From the NCBI GenBank assembly GCA_031273265.1, contig JAISSH010000064.1, positions 1 through 60,864 on the forward strand: a DNA stretch of 60,864 bases, read 5' to 3'. The translations under genes and the position numbers were made by a program. Within the stretch, counting starts at the first letter, position 1. Each line of letters starts with the position of its first letter. The notes under the pieces are model-generated. The model was not told the DNA's origin. It saw only the letters and a list, made by a program, of their open reading frames with translations, and searched no databases. The DNA is from Treponema sp. (lineage in GTDB: Bacteria > Spirochaetota > Spirochaetia > Treponematales > Breznakiellaceae). Below, in pieces: positions 9,046 through 17,889 of this stretch.

Positions 9046-9678
9046 TTAAAAATTAAACCAGTGACCGATCATCAACCCTCCGCTGAACAGAAAGGGGTAG
9101 CCGGTCCTGATAAACGGCTCAAGATAAAAACCCCTCAGGGGGCTTATAATAAATTCGTTGTGAAAAAAGAAACGGAAGCCCGCGACAAAGTCAAAGGTGA
9201 AGCTGTTTTTTCTCCGTTCTTCCTCGATGTAATAAACCGCGCCGAAACCGAACTGGGTGAAAAGCGCGGCGTTAAAAGACGGGTTGTTCAGCACGTAAGG
9301 AGTGTAGAACCTGATGTGACCAAGCACCTCTGTCGCGGTAACGGTGTTGCCGTCGTTGTGCAGGGCGGCGCGGAGACCCAGCGCGATAATTTGGGAAAGG
9401 TAGCGGTCTATGGTGACGCCGTAGCCTGTTTCAACGTTTTCCCTTGTGTTCCCTCCCGTTTCAAAACTCGCGCCCAGCGACCATGGGAAATCCCTCCACA
9501 CGTGGAACTCGTCTAAAGGGAGAACAATGCTTGCTTTACGCGCGAGGTTGGACGGCTTTCCCGGATTTTCCTGAGAGGATTGTTCTTCTTGCGGTTGTGG
9601 GTTTTCTTCCTGCGCGAACAGAGCGCCCCCGAAAGCAAACAACAATACGCTAATTGCGCCTAACAAAAGTTTTTTCAT
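9046..9678 (-). CDS. Exported protein, probable small outer-membrane beta-barrel
   Basis: Signal peptide (..GALFA), amphipathic strands, FYLEPFIRTGYP, C-terminal Phe (GHWFNF). Confidence 0.7.
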   Translation of the reverse strand: MKKLLLGAISVLLFAFGGALFAQEENPQPQEEQSSQENPGKPSNLARKASIVLPLDEFHVWRDFPWSLGASFETGGNTRENVETGYGVTIDRYLSQIIALGLRAALHNDGNTVTATEVLGHIRFYTPYVLNNPSFNAALFTQFGFGAVYYIEEERRKNSFTFDFVAGFRFFFHNEFIISPLRGFYLEPFIRTGYPFLFSGGLMIGHWFNF

Positions 9679-9687
9679 TATTCCTCC

Positions 9688-11292
9688 TCAATCCCTGTTC
9701 CGCGCGAGACGGAAACCGACAAAAGCAGTATCAAAAGCGTAGGCCTCATGGGCCGCGTTCGACTCCACTCTAGAAAGATCATCCTTATCATAACTGTAAA
9801 AATCATTTCCTAAGTTATAAACCTCCTCAAATTGTTGTTGTTCGGAAGGCCAGTCTATCCAATGACGTACCATGCCCATCATGTCGTATAACTCACTGCC
9901 GTTGGGAAGGACGACGGGAATCATTCTCCCGACCTCTCCCGTTTGTGCATAGGCTTCCGGTGAGAACGCCCATAAATATTTACCCAGTTCATTCAGATCA
10001 TCAATATCTGTACCGGGCCATCTATAATCCCAGTGGGCTCCGCCGGGGTTTGCGCCTTTCGCCGCGTAATACCATTCCTGAATGGTGGGCAGGCGATAGC
10101 CGTTATATCCAGCCGTTTCTACTGCGTCATAATCAATCAATTCATCAACTGCATCACGGCTGTCCCTCAGCGGCTCTCCGTTGGTATCCCGGTATACCGG
10201 TTCTAACCCGTCCATTTCGCTGTACGCGTTGCACCAAACAACAGCCTCGCGCCAGCCGAGCAGCGTTACCGGGTGCAGTTGGTTTCCAATGGACCGCGGA
10301 TATAAGTTGGTATATCGCGACCCCCCTTGGTTTCCCTTACGGGCAAAACCGTAGTTCACGGCTTCTGCGTGATCCCAGACGATCTTCCACAGTTCCCATG
10401 TTACCGGGCACTGCCCCATTAAAAAGCCGGGCGTGCTAAAATCGCCTAATAATTGATATGTATTGTATTTACCGGTGCCCCAAGCAGAAGAGCTTACATT
10501 TCCTGCCGGAATGGATACCATTGCAATGCTCTTTGGATACAGTTCATTTTTATTTAAGAATGTTACCTTACAGGGAACGCTTTCCGTTACGGCGGCTCTT
10601 CCGCCAATGGTGTTGGTTATCTCAACATAGTAGTACACCGTCCGCGCCGACAGAGTTTCGCCTCTCTGCATAGTGTAAGTATCGCCGGTCGCTCCGCTTA
10701 ACAGCGAACCGCCCCTGCTGGTGTTTTGGTCGTTCACATACCATTGATAGCTCAAGGTTCCGCCTTGAGGCGGAAGATCAGCCGTTACCTTAATTTTAGG
10801 AATTACTCCGCTGCCGATAAAGAACGCACCTATCCTCGGCTCTACCCATATTTGTATGTTTCTCGCCACCGCGTTAGGTTCTCCCCTTACGACGGTCAGT
10901 CGGTAATCGGCTCTTTCCATGTGTTTAATCTGAACCGTCAGGTGTATCGTTTTGTCCGCGTCGCCGATGAAGTCAAACTCCAATCCGGTTTCGCCGTCGT
11001 TTATGCACACTGCTGAAACGGTCGCTTCTTCTTCAGTTCCGGCGTATATCGAAAAACGGTTTGCGTCTTTGGCGACGTACACCGTGTAGTCAAAGACGGA
11101 ATTACTGAAAGCGGGGGAAAGCGACGTTCCTCCTGCCAGCACAATCTCGTCGGCATAGGCGGTTATCTCCAGAAAATCCAGTTCTGAAGGGGCTCTGAGA
11201 ATGCCGATGACCTGCTGGTTTTCGTCGCATGAAGTGAGCGCGAAAAGCGCAAGAATGCATGCGAACGCGAGTAAATTGAGGCGTTTTTTCAT
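9688..11292 (-). CDS. Lipoprotein with cadherin-like beta-sandwich, Ig-like and FGE/sulfatase-modifying-factor (C-type-lectin fold) domains
   Basis: Lipobox LTSC; LSPAF....DYTV; LSYQWY; HPVT..WREAVVWCNAYSE..GLEPVY, GYRLPT..EW.YAA.G, LYDM.G, VGFRLAR. Confidence 0.85.
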   Translation of the reverse strand: MKKRLNLLAFACILALFALTSCDENQQVIGILRAPSELDFLEITAYADEIVLAGGTSLSPAFSNSVFDYTVYVAKDANRFSIYAGTEEEATVSAVCINDGETGLEFDFIGDADKTIHLTVQIKHMERADYRLTVVRGEPNAVARNIQIWVEPRIGAFFIGSGVIPKIKVTADLPPQGGTLSYQWYVNDQNTSRGGSLLSGATGDTYTMQRGETLSARTVYYYVEITNTIGGRAAVTESVPCKVTFLNKNELYPKSIAMVSIPAGNVSSSAWGTGKYNTYQLLGDFSTPGFLMGQCPVTWELWKIVWDHAEAVNYGFARKGNQGGSRYTNLYPRSIGNQLHPVTLLGWREAVVWCNAYSEMDGLEPVYRDTNGEPLRDSRDAVDELIDYDAVETAGYNGYRLPTIQEWYYAAKGANPGGAHWDYRWPGTDIDDLNELGKYLWAFSPEAYAQTGEVGRMIPVVLPNGSELYDMMGMVRHWIDWPSEQQQFEEVYNLGNDFYSYDKDDLSRVESNAAHEAYAFDTAFVGFRLARNRD

Positions 11293-11478
11293 ATAAGACT
11301 CCTTAAATTGGGTTTGGTGAGGAAATATGATTGATATAGTGATAAATACGCAGTTTTTTGGCGTATTTTAATGGGCGGCTGCCGCTCGGACTGAAGTCCT
11401 CGCGCCGTTTTTGGGTGGTTTTTAAGTTTATTGAGCCTACAACGTTTAGATTTGGTTGATCTACACCGCTTCGCGGTG

Positions 11479-11538
11479 CTATGTTCTGTTGGGGGGGGTA
11501 ATAGCCAGATTTATGGACAAAGATGTTAAATTAGACAT
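11479..11538 (-). CDS. Leader ORF (MSNLTSLSINLAITPPNRT) containing a C8 tract; extendable by slippage
   Basis: ATG at 11538, C8 at 11498-11491, TAG at 11481-11479; C7 or C9 would give 82- or 78-aa ORFs ending at the start or SD of the gene at 11292. Confidence 0.55.
   Translation of the reverse strand: MSNLTSLSINLAITPPNRT
11491..11498. repeat. G8/C8 homopolymer, candidate phase-variation tract
   Basis: GGGGGGGG on the + strand within an AT-rich leader. Confidence 0.75.
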
Positions 11539-11607
11539 TTTTTCTTAAAATACCCCTTTTTGTTGTTTTACGAGATTTTCGCAGTGCGAATACATCCCTC
11601 TGTTTGT

Positions 11608-11637
11608 ATAATATTCCATATCTTGAGAGTTTGTCAA
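11608..11637 (-). promoter_or_regulatory. sigma70-type promoter for the leader and surface operon
   Basis: TTGACA-N18-TATTAT on the minus strand. Confidence 0.65.
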
Positions 11638-11764
11638 GGGTTTTTTTGCAGGGAATTGTTCGCAAAAGACTTCACGCAAAGACGCATTAGCCATATAAGT
11701 CTAGGTTGTAACTTACGATTTTTTGCGTTTTTATGGAAAATTCATGAAAAAAGTCATTTTTTTC

Positions 11765-11794
11765 TTGACAGCACATAAAAAAGGCTAATAAAAT
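11765..11794 (+). promoter_or_regulatory. sigma70-type promoter for the response regulator/kinase operon
   Basis: TTGACA-N18-TAAAAT. Confidence 0.65.
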
Positions 11795-11939
11795 TTACTT
11801 AACGGATCGGCGTACGAGGGTGTATGCGGTTCTTTATAAAAAGTTGTTCTCAGAAGTTTCCCGGCGTGTTTTTAAATCCTTGAAATAGTCGGCACAGGCT
11901 GAGTTGAATTTTTAGTCCAAAAAAGGGGGTTGAGACGCG

Positions 11940-12959
11940 TTGAAGACAATTTTCGTCGTGGATGACAGCGACACCAACCTGTCTATGGCAGAAGTAGCTC
12001 TTGAAAACCAATACCGCGTAATGACAATGCCGTCTGCGGCAAAAATGTTTTCTTTTCTGGAAAAAATCAAACCGGACATGATTATCCTCGATATAGAAAT
12101 GCCCGATATAAGCGGTTTTGCCGCGCTGGAACAGTTGAAGTCCAACGACGATTGGAATGATATTCCGGTGATGTTTCTCACAGGTTATACGGACGCCAAA
12201 GTGGAAGCCAAAGGTTTTGAAATGGGAGCGGTTGATTTTCTTTCAAAGCCGTTTTCTGCGCCCGTGCTTCTGAACCGGATCAAAAATCATCTGGATGTTG
12301 ACGAGATTATCCGCGAGAGGACGGCGCAGCTTAACCGGATGCAGAACAGTATCGTATCTGTTCTGGCGGATATGGTTGAAAACCGCGATAAAGGAACAGG
12401 CGGGCATATTGAACGCACGTCCATATATATAAAAATACTGCTGGAAGCCATGAAAGAACACGGGGTATACGGGGATGAAATTGGCGAGTGGAACGCGGAA
12501 AAGATGATTTCATCCGCGCGTATGCACGATTTGGGAAAAATCATCATTTCAGACATTATTGTAAACAAGCCCGGCAAGCTGACTCCGGAAGAATACGAAA
12601 TTATGAAAACTCACGCTGTCGAAGGGGAGCGCATCATTGATGAAATTATTTCCCGCACCGGCGAGGGGGAATTTTTGCGTAACGCGAAACTGTTTGCCGG
12701 CACTCATCATGAACGCTGGGACGGAAACGGCTACCCGCGCGGGCTTGCGGGCGAAGAAATTCCCCTGCAGGGGCGCATAATGGCGATTGTAGACGTGTAT
12801 GACGCACTTGTTTCCGAACGTCCGTATAAAAAAGCGTTTCCGCACGAAGAAGCGGTGAATATCATCATGGAAAATTCAGGCGCGTTTTATGATCCAAAAA
12901 TAACTGAAATTTTTTATAAGGTAAAAGACCTTTTTAAGGAAGTGAGGTCGAGGTTATAA
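11940..12959 (+). CDS. Response regulator with HD-GYP (cyclic di-GMP phosphodiesterase) domain
   Basis: Receiver VVDD..LDIEMP..FLT..SKP; MHDLGK, HHERWDGNGYPRGL, DVYDAL. Confidence 0.92.
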   Translation: MKTIFVVDDSDTNLSMAEVALENQYRVMTMPSAAKMFSFLEKIKPDMIILDIEMPDISGFAALEQLKSNDDWNDIPVMFLTGYTDAKVEAKGFEMGAVDFLSKPFSAPVLLNRIKNHLDVDEIIRERTAQLNRMQNSIVSVLADMVENRDKGTGGHIERTSIYIKILLEAMKEHGVYGDEIGEWNAEKMISSARMHDLGKIIISDIIVNKPGKLTPEEYEIMKTHAVEGERIIDEIISRTGEGEFLRNAKLFAGTHHERWDGNGYPRGLAGEEIPLQGRIMAIVDVYDALVSERPYKKAFPHEEAVNIIMENSGAFYDPKITEIFYKVKDLFKEVRSRL

Positions 12960-15900
12960 TGCACATTGTATTCAAAAAGTTATGGAAAATTGTAACTCAT
13001 GTGCAGGTAATGGTTGTTTTTCTAGCCTTCGCGCTGATGGTTTTTTTAAGTTATTTTTTCATGAGCGATATTGAACGCAAACACCTATTGCGCGACGTAA
13101 ACAACGCAATCTCAAATACGCAGGCTTATATCGAAGCAGACCTCATGGAGCCTGAAACCACGCTTGGCGTGATCGCGGAGAATGTCCGCAGTATGATTGT
13201 AAACGGCGTCGGTTTTGAAGATGTAAAAAAATATATTGACATTACCACCGAATATATAACTACGGACGAACGGCTGATGTCTTACGCTACCGGCGTTTAC
13301 GGCGTTTTTGACGTGTTTAACGGAGAATTCTGGACAGGCATAGACTGGATACCGCCCGACGATTTTGTGCCCGAAAGTCGTCCGTGGTACAAGGCGGCTG
13401 TCGAAGCAAAAGGAAAAGTCGGAGTTACAGAGCCGTATTTGGACTTATCGCTGAACGTAATCGCGCTTACTTTCGCGCGCCAGATTTTTGACAACAATGG
13501 AAATCCGCTGGGCATTGTCTGTCTGGATATAATGCTCGACAGGATCAGGGAATACGCCATTAACACCCATGTTACCGGAGACAGCTACGGAATACTGCTG
13601 GACAAAGATTTCCATGTAATCGCCCATCCGCACCCGGCGTATATAGGCAAGCCGATAAGCGCCATGAACGACGGTCCGGCGATTCAACATGATGTATTAC
13701 AGGGAGTGGAAATTTCCGAACGAAAAGCCACGGATTATAACGGCAACACGTCCGTTCTTTTTGTCCGCCGGTTGAATAACGGCTGGTATATGGCTGTTCT
13801 TGCCTATGCGAAAAAATACTATCAAAGTATAAGAGACATAGGGTACATTCTCACCGCATTGGGACTTCTGCTCGCCGTTATTCAAAGCGTAATTTTGTTG
13901 AGGATAATAAGAGCGAAAAAATACGCCGAAGAACGCACGCAGATAATGCTTGATTCTACCCCGCTGTGCGCCAATTTTTGGGACAGGAAACTTAACAACA
14001 TAGACTGCAACCAGGAAGTGTTAAAACTTTTTGATTTACCAAACAAAAAGGAGTACCTTGATAGATTTTTCGATTTATCGCCTGAGTATCAGCCGGACGG
14101 AAATCTTTCAAAAGAAAAGGCTTTAGCTTTTATTAAAAAGGCGTTTGACGAAGGCTACTGCCGCACCGAATGGATGCACCGTAAACTGAACGGCGAACAG
14201 ATTCCCTGCGAAGTTACGCTTGTCCGCGCCAAGTACAGAAATGATTTTATAGTCTGCGGATACACCCGCGATTTACGCGAGCTTAAAGCCGTTATGGTAA
14301 AAATGCGCGAAGCGGACGAGTGTACCCAGCTTTTATTTGACGCTACGCCTCTTAGCTGTTTTATGTTTGACAAGAACTACAATGTTATCGTATGCAATCA
14401 GGAAACTGTCAGACTGTTTGAGTTGGCGAATAAACAGGAATTTATCAGCAATTTTTTTGAATTTACGCCGGAATACCAGCCAAGCGGAGAATTGTCAAGG
14501 AAAAAAATCAACGGTTATGTTGACGAGGCGTTTGAGGAAGGCTACTGCCGGTTTGAGTGGGTACAAAAAAAACTGAACGGCGAACAGATACCGACGGAAG
14601 TTACTCTGGTGCGCGTAAAATTCAGGGGTGAATACGCCGTTGCCGCTTATGTCAGGGATTTAAGAGAGCTTAAGGCGATGATAGCTGAAATGCGAAGAGC
14701 CGAAGTCGCGGAAGAGAGCAACAAGGCAAAGAGCGACTTCCTTGCGAAGATGAGCCATGAAATCCGCACGCCCATGAACGCAATTTTGGGAATTACCGAA
14801 ATCCAGCTTCAGGATGAAACTCTGCCGCTGGTTACAAAAGAGGCGCTCGAAAGAATTTACAATTCGGGCGACCTTCTGCTCGGCATAATCAACGACATAC
14901 TTGATCTTTCAAAAATAGAAGCCGGCAAACTGGAATTGTCTCCCGCTCCTTATGATGTCGCAAGCCTTATCCACGATACCGTAAAGCTCAACATTATGCG
15001 CTACGAAAGCAAACCTGTCGAATTCTCGCTTAAGGTGAATGAAAATATACCCGCAACTCTTGTCGGCGACGAACTGCGTCTCAAGCAGATTTTGAATAAC
15101 ATTCTTTCAAATGCGTTTAAGTATACCCAGAAAGGCATGGTCAATATGACGCTTTCGATGGAACAGGAAAGCGTCGAGGACAACTCGGATGTAAAACTTA
15201 TTATTGTAGTTAACGATACCGGACAGGGAATGACGGCGGAACAGGTTCGCAAGTTAGGCGATAAATACGCGCGTTTCAACATGGACGCCAACCGCAAAAC
15301 CGAAGGAACCGGTCTTGGCATGAATATTACGCTGAACCTGATCAAATTAATGAGCGGCGATATTTCGGTAGAAAGCACTCCGGGCATGGGTTCGACATTT
15401 ACGGTACACCTGCCGCAGAAATGCAAAAGCAAGGCTCCTATCGGCAAAGAGCTGGCGGAAAATCTGATGCAGATGAACGTACAAAACACGACCAAAATGA
15501 GGAACACGCATATCACCCACGAGTTTATGCCATACGGACGCGTTCTTGTCGTAGACGATGTCGAGACAAATTTGTACGTTGCCAAAGGGCTTATGGCTCC
15601 CTACGGATTGTCGATAGATACGGCTCTCAGCGGGTTTGAAGCTATAGATAAAATCAGGGAAGGCAACGTATACGACATTATTTTTATGGACCACATGATG
15701 CCTAAGATGGACGGCATCGAAGCCGTAAAAATAATACGAAGCACCGGCTACCATAAGCCGATTATCGCGCTGACGGCAAACGCCCTTGCGGGTCAGGCGG
15801 AAATGTTCTTTAACAACGGCTTTGACGATTTTATTTCAAAGCCGATAGACATCCGCCAATTGAACAATTCGCTGAACAAGCTTATACGCGACAAGCAGAC

Positions 15901-16507
15901 GCCCGAAGTGATTGAAGAAGCCCAGAAGCAGAAGGACAACCTGTACGCGTCCGGCAGACATAATGGGTCGGTTGACCCGCAGCTCGCCGAATTTTTCGTC
16001 CGCGACGCTGAAAAAGCGGCGACGATTCTGGAAGCGATAAGCAGGAACAGATGCCGCAGGGCGGATGATATTTCCATGCTGATAATAAACGCGCACGCGA
16101 TGAAGAGCGCCCTTGCGAACATTGATCAGACCGAGCTTTCAGCCGCGGCTCTCAGTCTTGAACAAGCCGGACGGGATCAGGATATGAAGGTTATCTTAAA
16201 CGAACTTCCCGTGTTTGTTCAGTCTCTTTTCAACATTATCGAAAAACTCAAGCCGAAAGAAGATGACGACGCGGAAGGAGAAGCGCAGACGGATAACGAC
16301 GTTCCGTTTTTACAGGAGAAATTGCTCGCAATACAGGCGGCATGCGCGTCCCTCGACAAAAAGTCGGCGAAAAGCGCGCTGGCGGAACTCAAGCTGAAAA
16401 CATGGCCGCGCTCCACAAGAGAAAACCTCAGCTCCATTGCCGAACACCTGCTCCACAGCGAATTTGAGGAAGCCGCGTCCATAGCAAAAGAAATCTACTT
16501 TTCCTGA
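12959..16507 (+). CDS. Membrane hybrid histidine kinase (Cache-PAS-PAS-HisKA-HATPase-REC-HPt-like)
   Basis: Two TM segments, RPWY Cache motif, duplicated PAS, MSHEIRTPMN, NAFKYT, DTGQG, GTGLG, FMDHMMP, AHAMKS. Confidence 0.92.
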   Translation: MHIVFKKLWKIVTHVQVMVVFLAFALMVFLSYFFMSDIERKHLLRDVNNAISNTQAYIEADLMEPETTLGVIAENVRSMIVNGVGFEDVKKYIDITTEYITTDERLMSYATGVYGVFDVFNGEFWTGIDWIPPDDFVPESRPWYKAAVEAKGKVGVTEPYLDLSLNVIALTFARQIFDNNGNPLGIVCLDIMLDRIREYAINTHVTGDSYGILLDKDFHVIAHPHPAYIGKPISAMNDGPAIQHDVLQGVEISERKATDYNGNTSVLFVRRLNNGWYMAVLAYAKKYYQSIRDIGYILTALGLLLAVIQSVILLRIIRAKKYAEERTQIMLDSTPLCANFWDRKLNNIDCNQEVLKLFDLPNKKEYLDRFFDLSPEYQPDGNLSKEKALAFIKKAFDEGYCRTEWMHRKLNGEQIPCEVTLVRAKYRNDFIVCGYTRDLRELKAVMVKMREADECTQLLFDATPLSCFMFDKNYNVIVCNQETVRLFELANKQEFISNFFEFTPEYQPSGELSRKKINGYVDEAFEEGYCRFEWVQKKLNGEQIPTEVTLVRVKFRGEYAVAAYVRDLRELKAMIAEMRRAEVAEESNKAKSDFLAKMSHEIRTPMNAILGITEIQLQDETLPLVTKEALERIYNSGDLLLGIINDILDLSKIEAGKLELSPAPYDVASLIHDTVKLNIMRYESKPVEFSLKVNENIPATLVGDELRLKQILNNILSNAFKYTQKGMVNMTLSMEQESVEDNSDVKLIIVVNDTGQGMTAEQVRKLGDKYARFNMDANRKTEGTGLGMNITLNLIKLMSGDISVESTPGMGSTFTVHLPQKCKSKAPIGKELAENLMQMNVQNTTKMRNTHITHEFMPYGRVLVVDDVETNLYVAKGLMAPYGLSIDTALSGFEAIDKIREGNVYDIIFMDHMMPKMDGIEAVKIIRSTGYHKPIIALTANALAGQAEMFFNNGFDDFISKPIDIRQLNNSLNKLIRDKQTPEVIEEAQKQKDNLYASGRHNGSVDPQLAEFFVRDAEKAATILEAISRNRCRRADDISMLIINAHAMKSALANIDQTELSAAALSLEQAGRDQDMKVILNELPVFVQSLFNIIEKLKPKEDDDAEGEAQTDNDVPFLQEKLLAIQAACASLDKKSAKSALAELKLKTWPRSTRENLSSIAEHLLHSEFEEAASIAKEIYFS

Positions 16508-16544
16508 ATTTTTTTCGCCGTTTCCGTCACATGCTTTTGCCTCC

Positions 16545-16574
16545 GTGAAAGAGTAGTGGTTGTTAAGGGGAAAT
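16545..16574. repeat. Direct repeat, copy 1 (partner at 17850-17879)
   Basis: GTGAAAGAGTAGTGGTTGTTAAGGGGAA vs GTGAAAGAGTAGGGTAGGTTAAGGGGAA, 24/28 identical. Confidence 0.65.
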
Positions 16575-16599
16575 ACACCAATATTTTATTTTTTCATGT

Positions 16600-17685
16600 T
16601 CATTTTAATCCTATTCCAGCCCCTATCATAAAACTACTTTTGGGTTCTCCATATAATATATAACGGTATTTCCCAGTAAAGTAAAAACGCTTAAACCAAA
16701 GGTAAAGACCAATAGATGGATTAAATACCATTTCTTGTTCTGATAAATAATTTGTCCCAGAATAATTAACTTGTTCATTTGTAGTATTAACAACACACAT
16801 TTCACCGCCGGCGCTTATCCATAACCAATCAAAAAATAACGGATAGGTAATTCCAAAAAACCAATTAAAAACGCCGATTGATTCCTCTATGTAACTAAAT
16901 TCATAGTTGTTTTCCCAATTTTTAGGTTCCGAACCTATACCCGTATAAAAACCCATACCATTTCTAAAATAACCAAATTCAATACTTAAAGGAAAATCTG
17001 GAAAGTAATTATACCCGATTAGCCAGCGCGGTTCTCGATCTACAAAATCCATAGTAAAAAAATTGGCTGTGTTTTTAGCAGTTCTCTTTTGATTCTCTCG
17101 TAATTCTTGGTTTGCCTTTGATATACTTCCATCGTTTTGCCTTATAGGAATGTTGTCTCTGTTTAACGTTTTCTCTACTGTCCCTCCATTTAATAAAGAT
17201 TTTATTTTTTTATCGGCTTTTAAATCAATGCCGTTTGATGTAATTACAATACTTGTTTCTAATTCTATCGCCCTGACATTAAAACGCAATTCTTTTCCGA
17301 TTGAATATATTGTGCCGGCAACTACTATATTTGCTCCTACCATATTACCTAATGAAACCATAAAATTATCATCGACAGCACCAGAATATTGAAAGTTAAT
17401 CTCCTCTTTTAAAATTGGCATAGCTTCTCTTTCAACAATTTTTATATTAGGTCTGTTATTATTAATAATATATGAAGTAATTCCTTCAGTTATGTATCTC
17501 GAAAGTTCTTCATTGCCAGAGGAAATGCCTATAATTGCCATTATGGAATTTGGAGGGATATTACTAACCAAAAAATTACCTTGAGCGTCTATAGCCCTAT
17601 CTAAATTTCCCTCTGAAGAGCCATTAGCATATAGAAAATATGTAAAATTTATCGCAATGATTATAAATAATAATTTTCTACCCAT
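16600..17685 (-). CDS. CsgG/HfaB-like domain protein with C-terminal beta-barrel-like region
   Basis: Signal peptide; IVER....L.EEINFQYSGAVDD....LG...GA...V.G; ends FMIGAGIGLK; visibly AT-rich. Confidence 0.75.
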   Translation of the reverse strand: MGRKLLFIIIAINFTYFLYANGSSEGNLDRAIDAQGNFLVSNIPPNSIMAIIGISSGNEELSRYITEGITSYIINNNRPNIKIVEREAMPILKEEINFQYSGAVDDNFMVSLGNMVGANIVVAGTIYSIGKELRFNVRAIELETSIVITSNGIDLKADKKIKSLLNGGTVEKTLNRDNIPIRQNDGSISKANQELRENQKRTAKNTANFFTMDFVDREPRWLIGYNYFPDFPLSIEFGYFRNGMGFYTGIGSEPKNWENNYEFSYIEESIGVFNWFFGITYPLFFDWLWISAGGEMCVVNTTNEQVNYSGTNYLSEQEMVFNPSIGLYLWFKRFYFTGKYRYILYGEPKSSFMIGAGIGLK

Positions 17686-17732
17686 TTATTTATTTTACCG
17701 TGAATACCATTCATAATCAATACAATTTATTA

Positions 17733-17862
17733 TCATGCTCTGTCCGCCAGCGGATCCCAGCTGCCGCACGGGTACGGATCATTTTTGCCTGTTACTGGGT
17801 AGACGGCGAACAGTTCTTTCTTGACGGCACTAGAGCCTACGCGATATTTGTGAAAGAGTAGG
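17733..17862 (-). pseudogene. Remnant encoding a degenerate SEC-C motif (..VTGKNDPYPCGSW..)
   Basis: 17760-17793 matches 17923-17956 at 31/34 nt; no convincing start codon. Confidence 0.5.
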
Positions 17863-17879
17863 GTAGGTTAAGGGGAATT
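17850..17879. repeat. Direct repeat, copy 2
   Basis: Matches 16545-16574; an inverted partial copy lies at 18746-18770. Confidence 0.65.
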
Positions 17880-17889
17880 TGGAGGAATT

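Noticed and set aside
11545-11595. Additional 16-codon upstream ORF (MYSHCENLVKQQKGVF) on the minus strand
   Set aside because: Its GAGGG abuts the ATG and it starts only a few nt after the predicted TSS; not supportable, though it could feed ribosomes to the leader ORF.
11795-11939. c-di-GMP riboswitch before the HD-GYP gene
   Set aside because: No GEMM-like consensus or convincing two-stem structure seen.
16545-17879. Integron attC sites
   Set aside because: The repeats lack paired RYYYAAC/GTTRRRY ends and a long palindrome, and no integrase is present.
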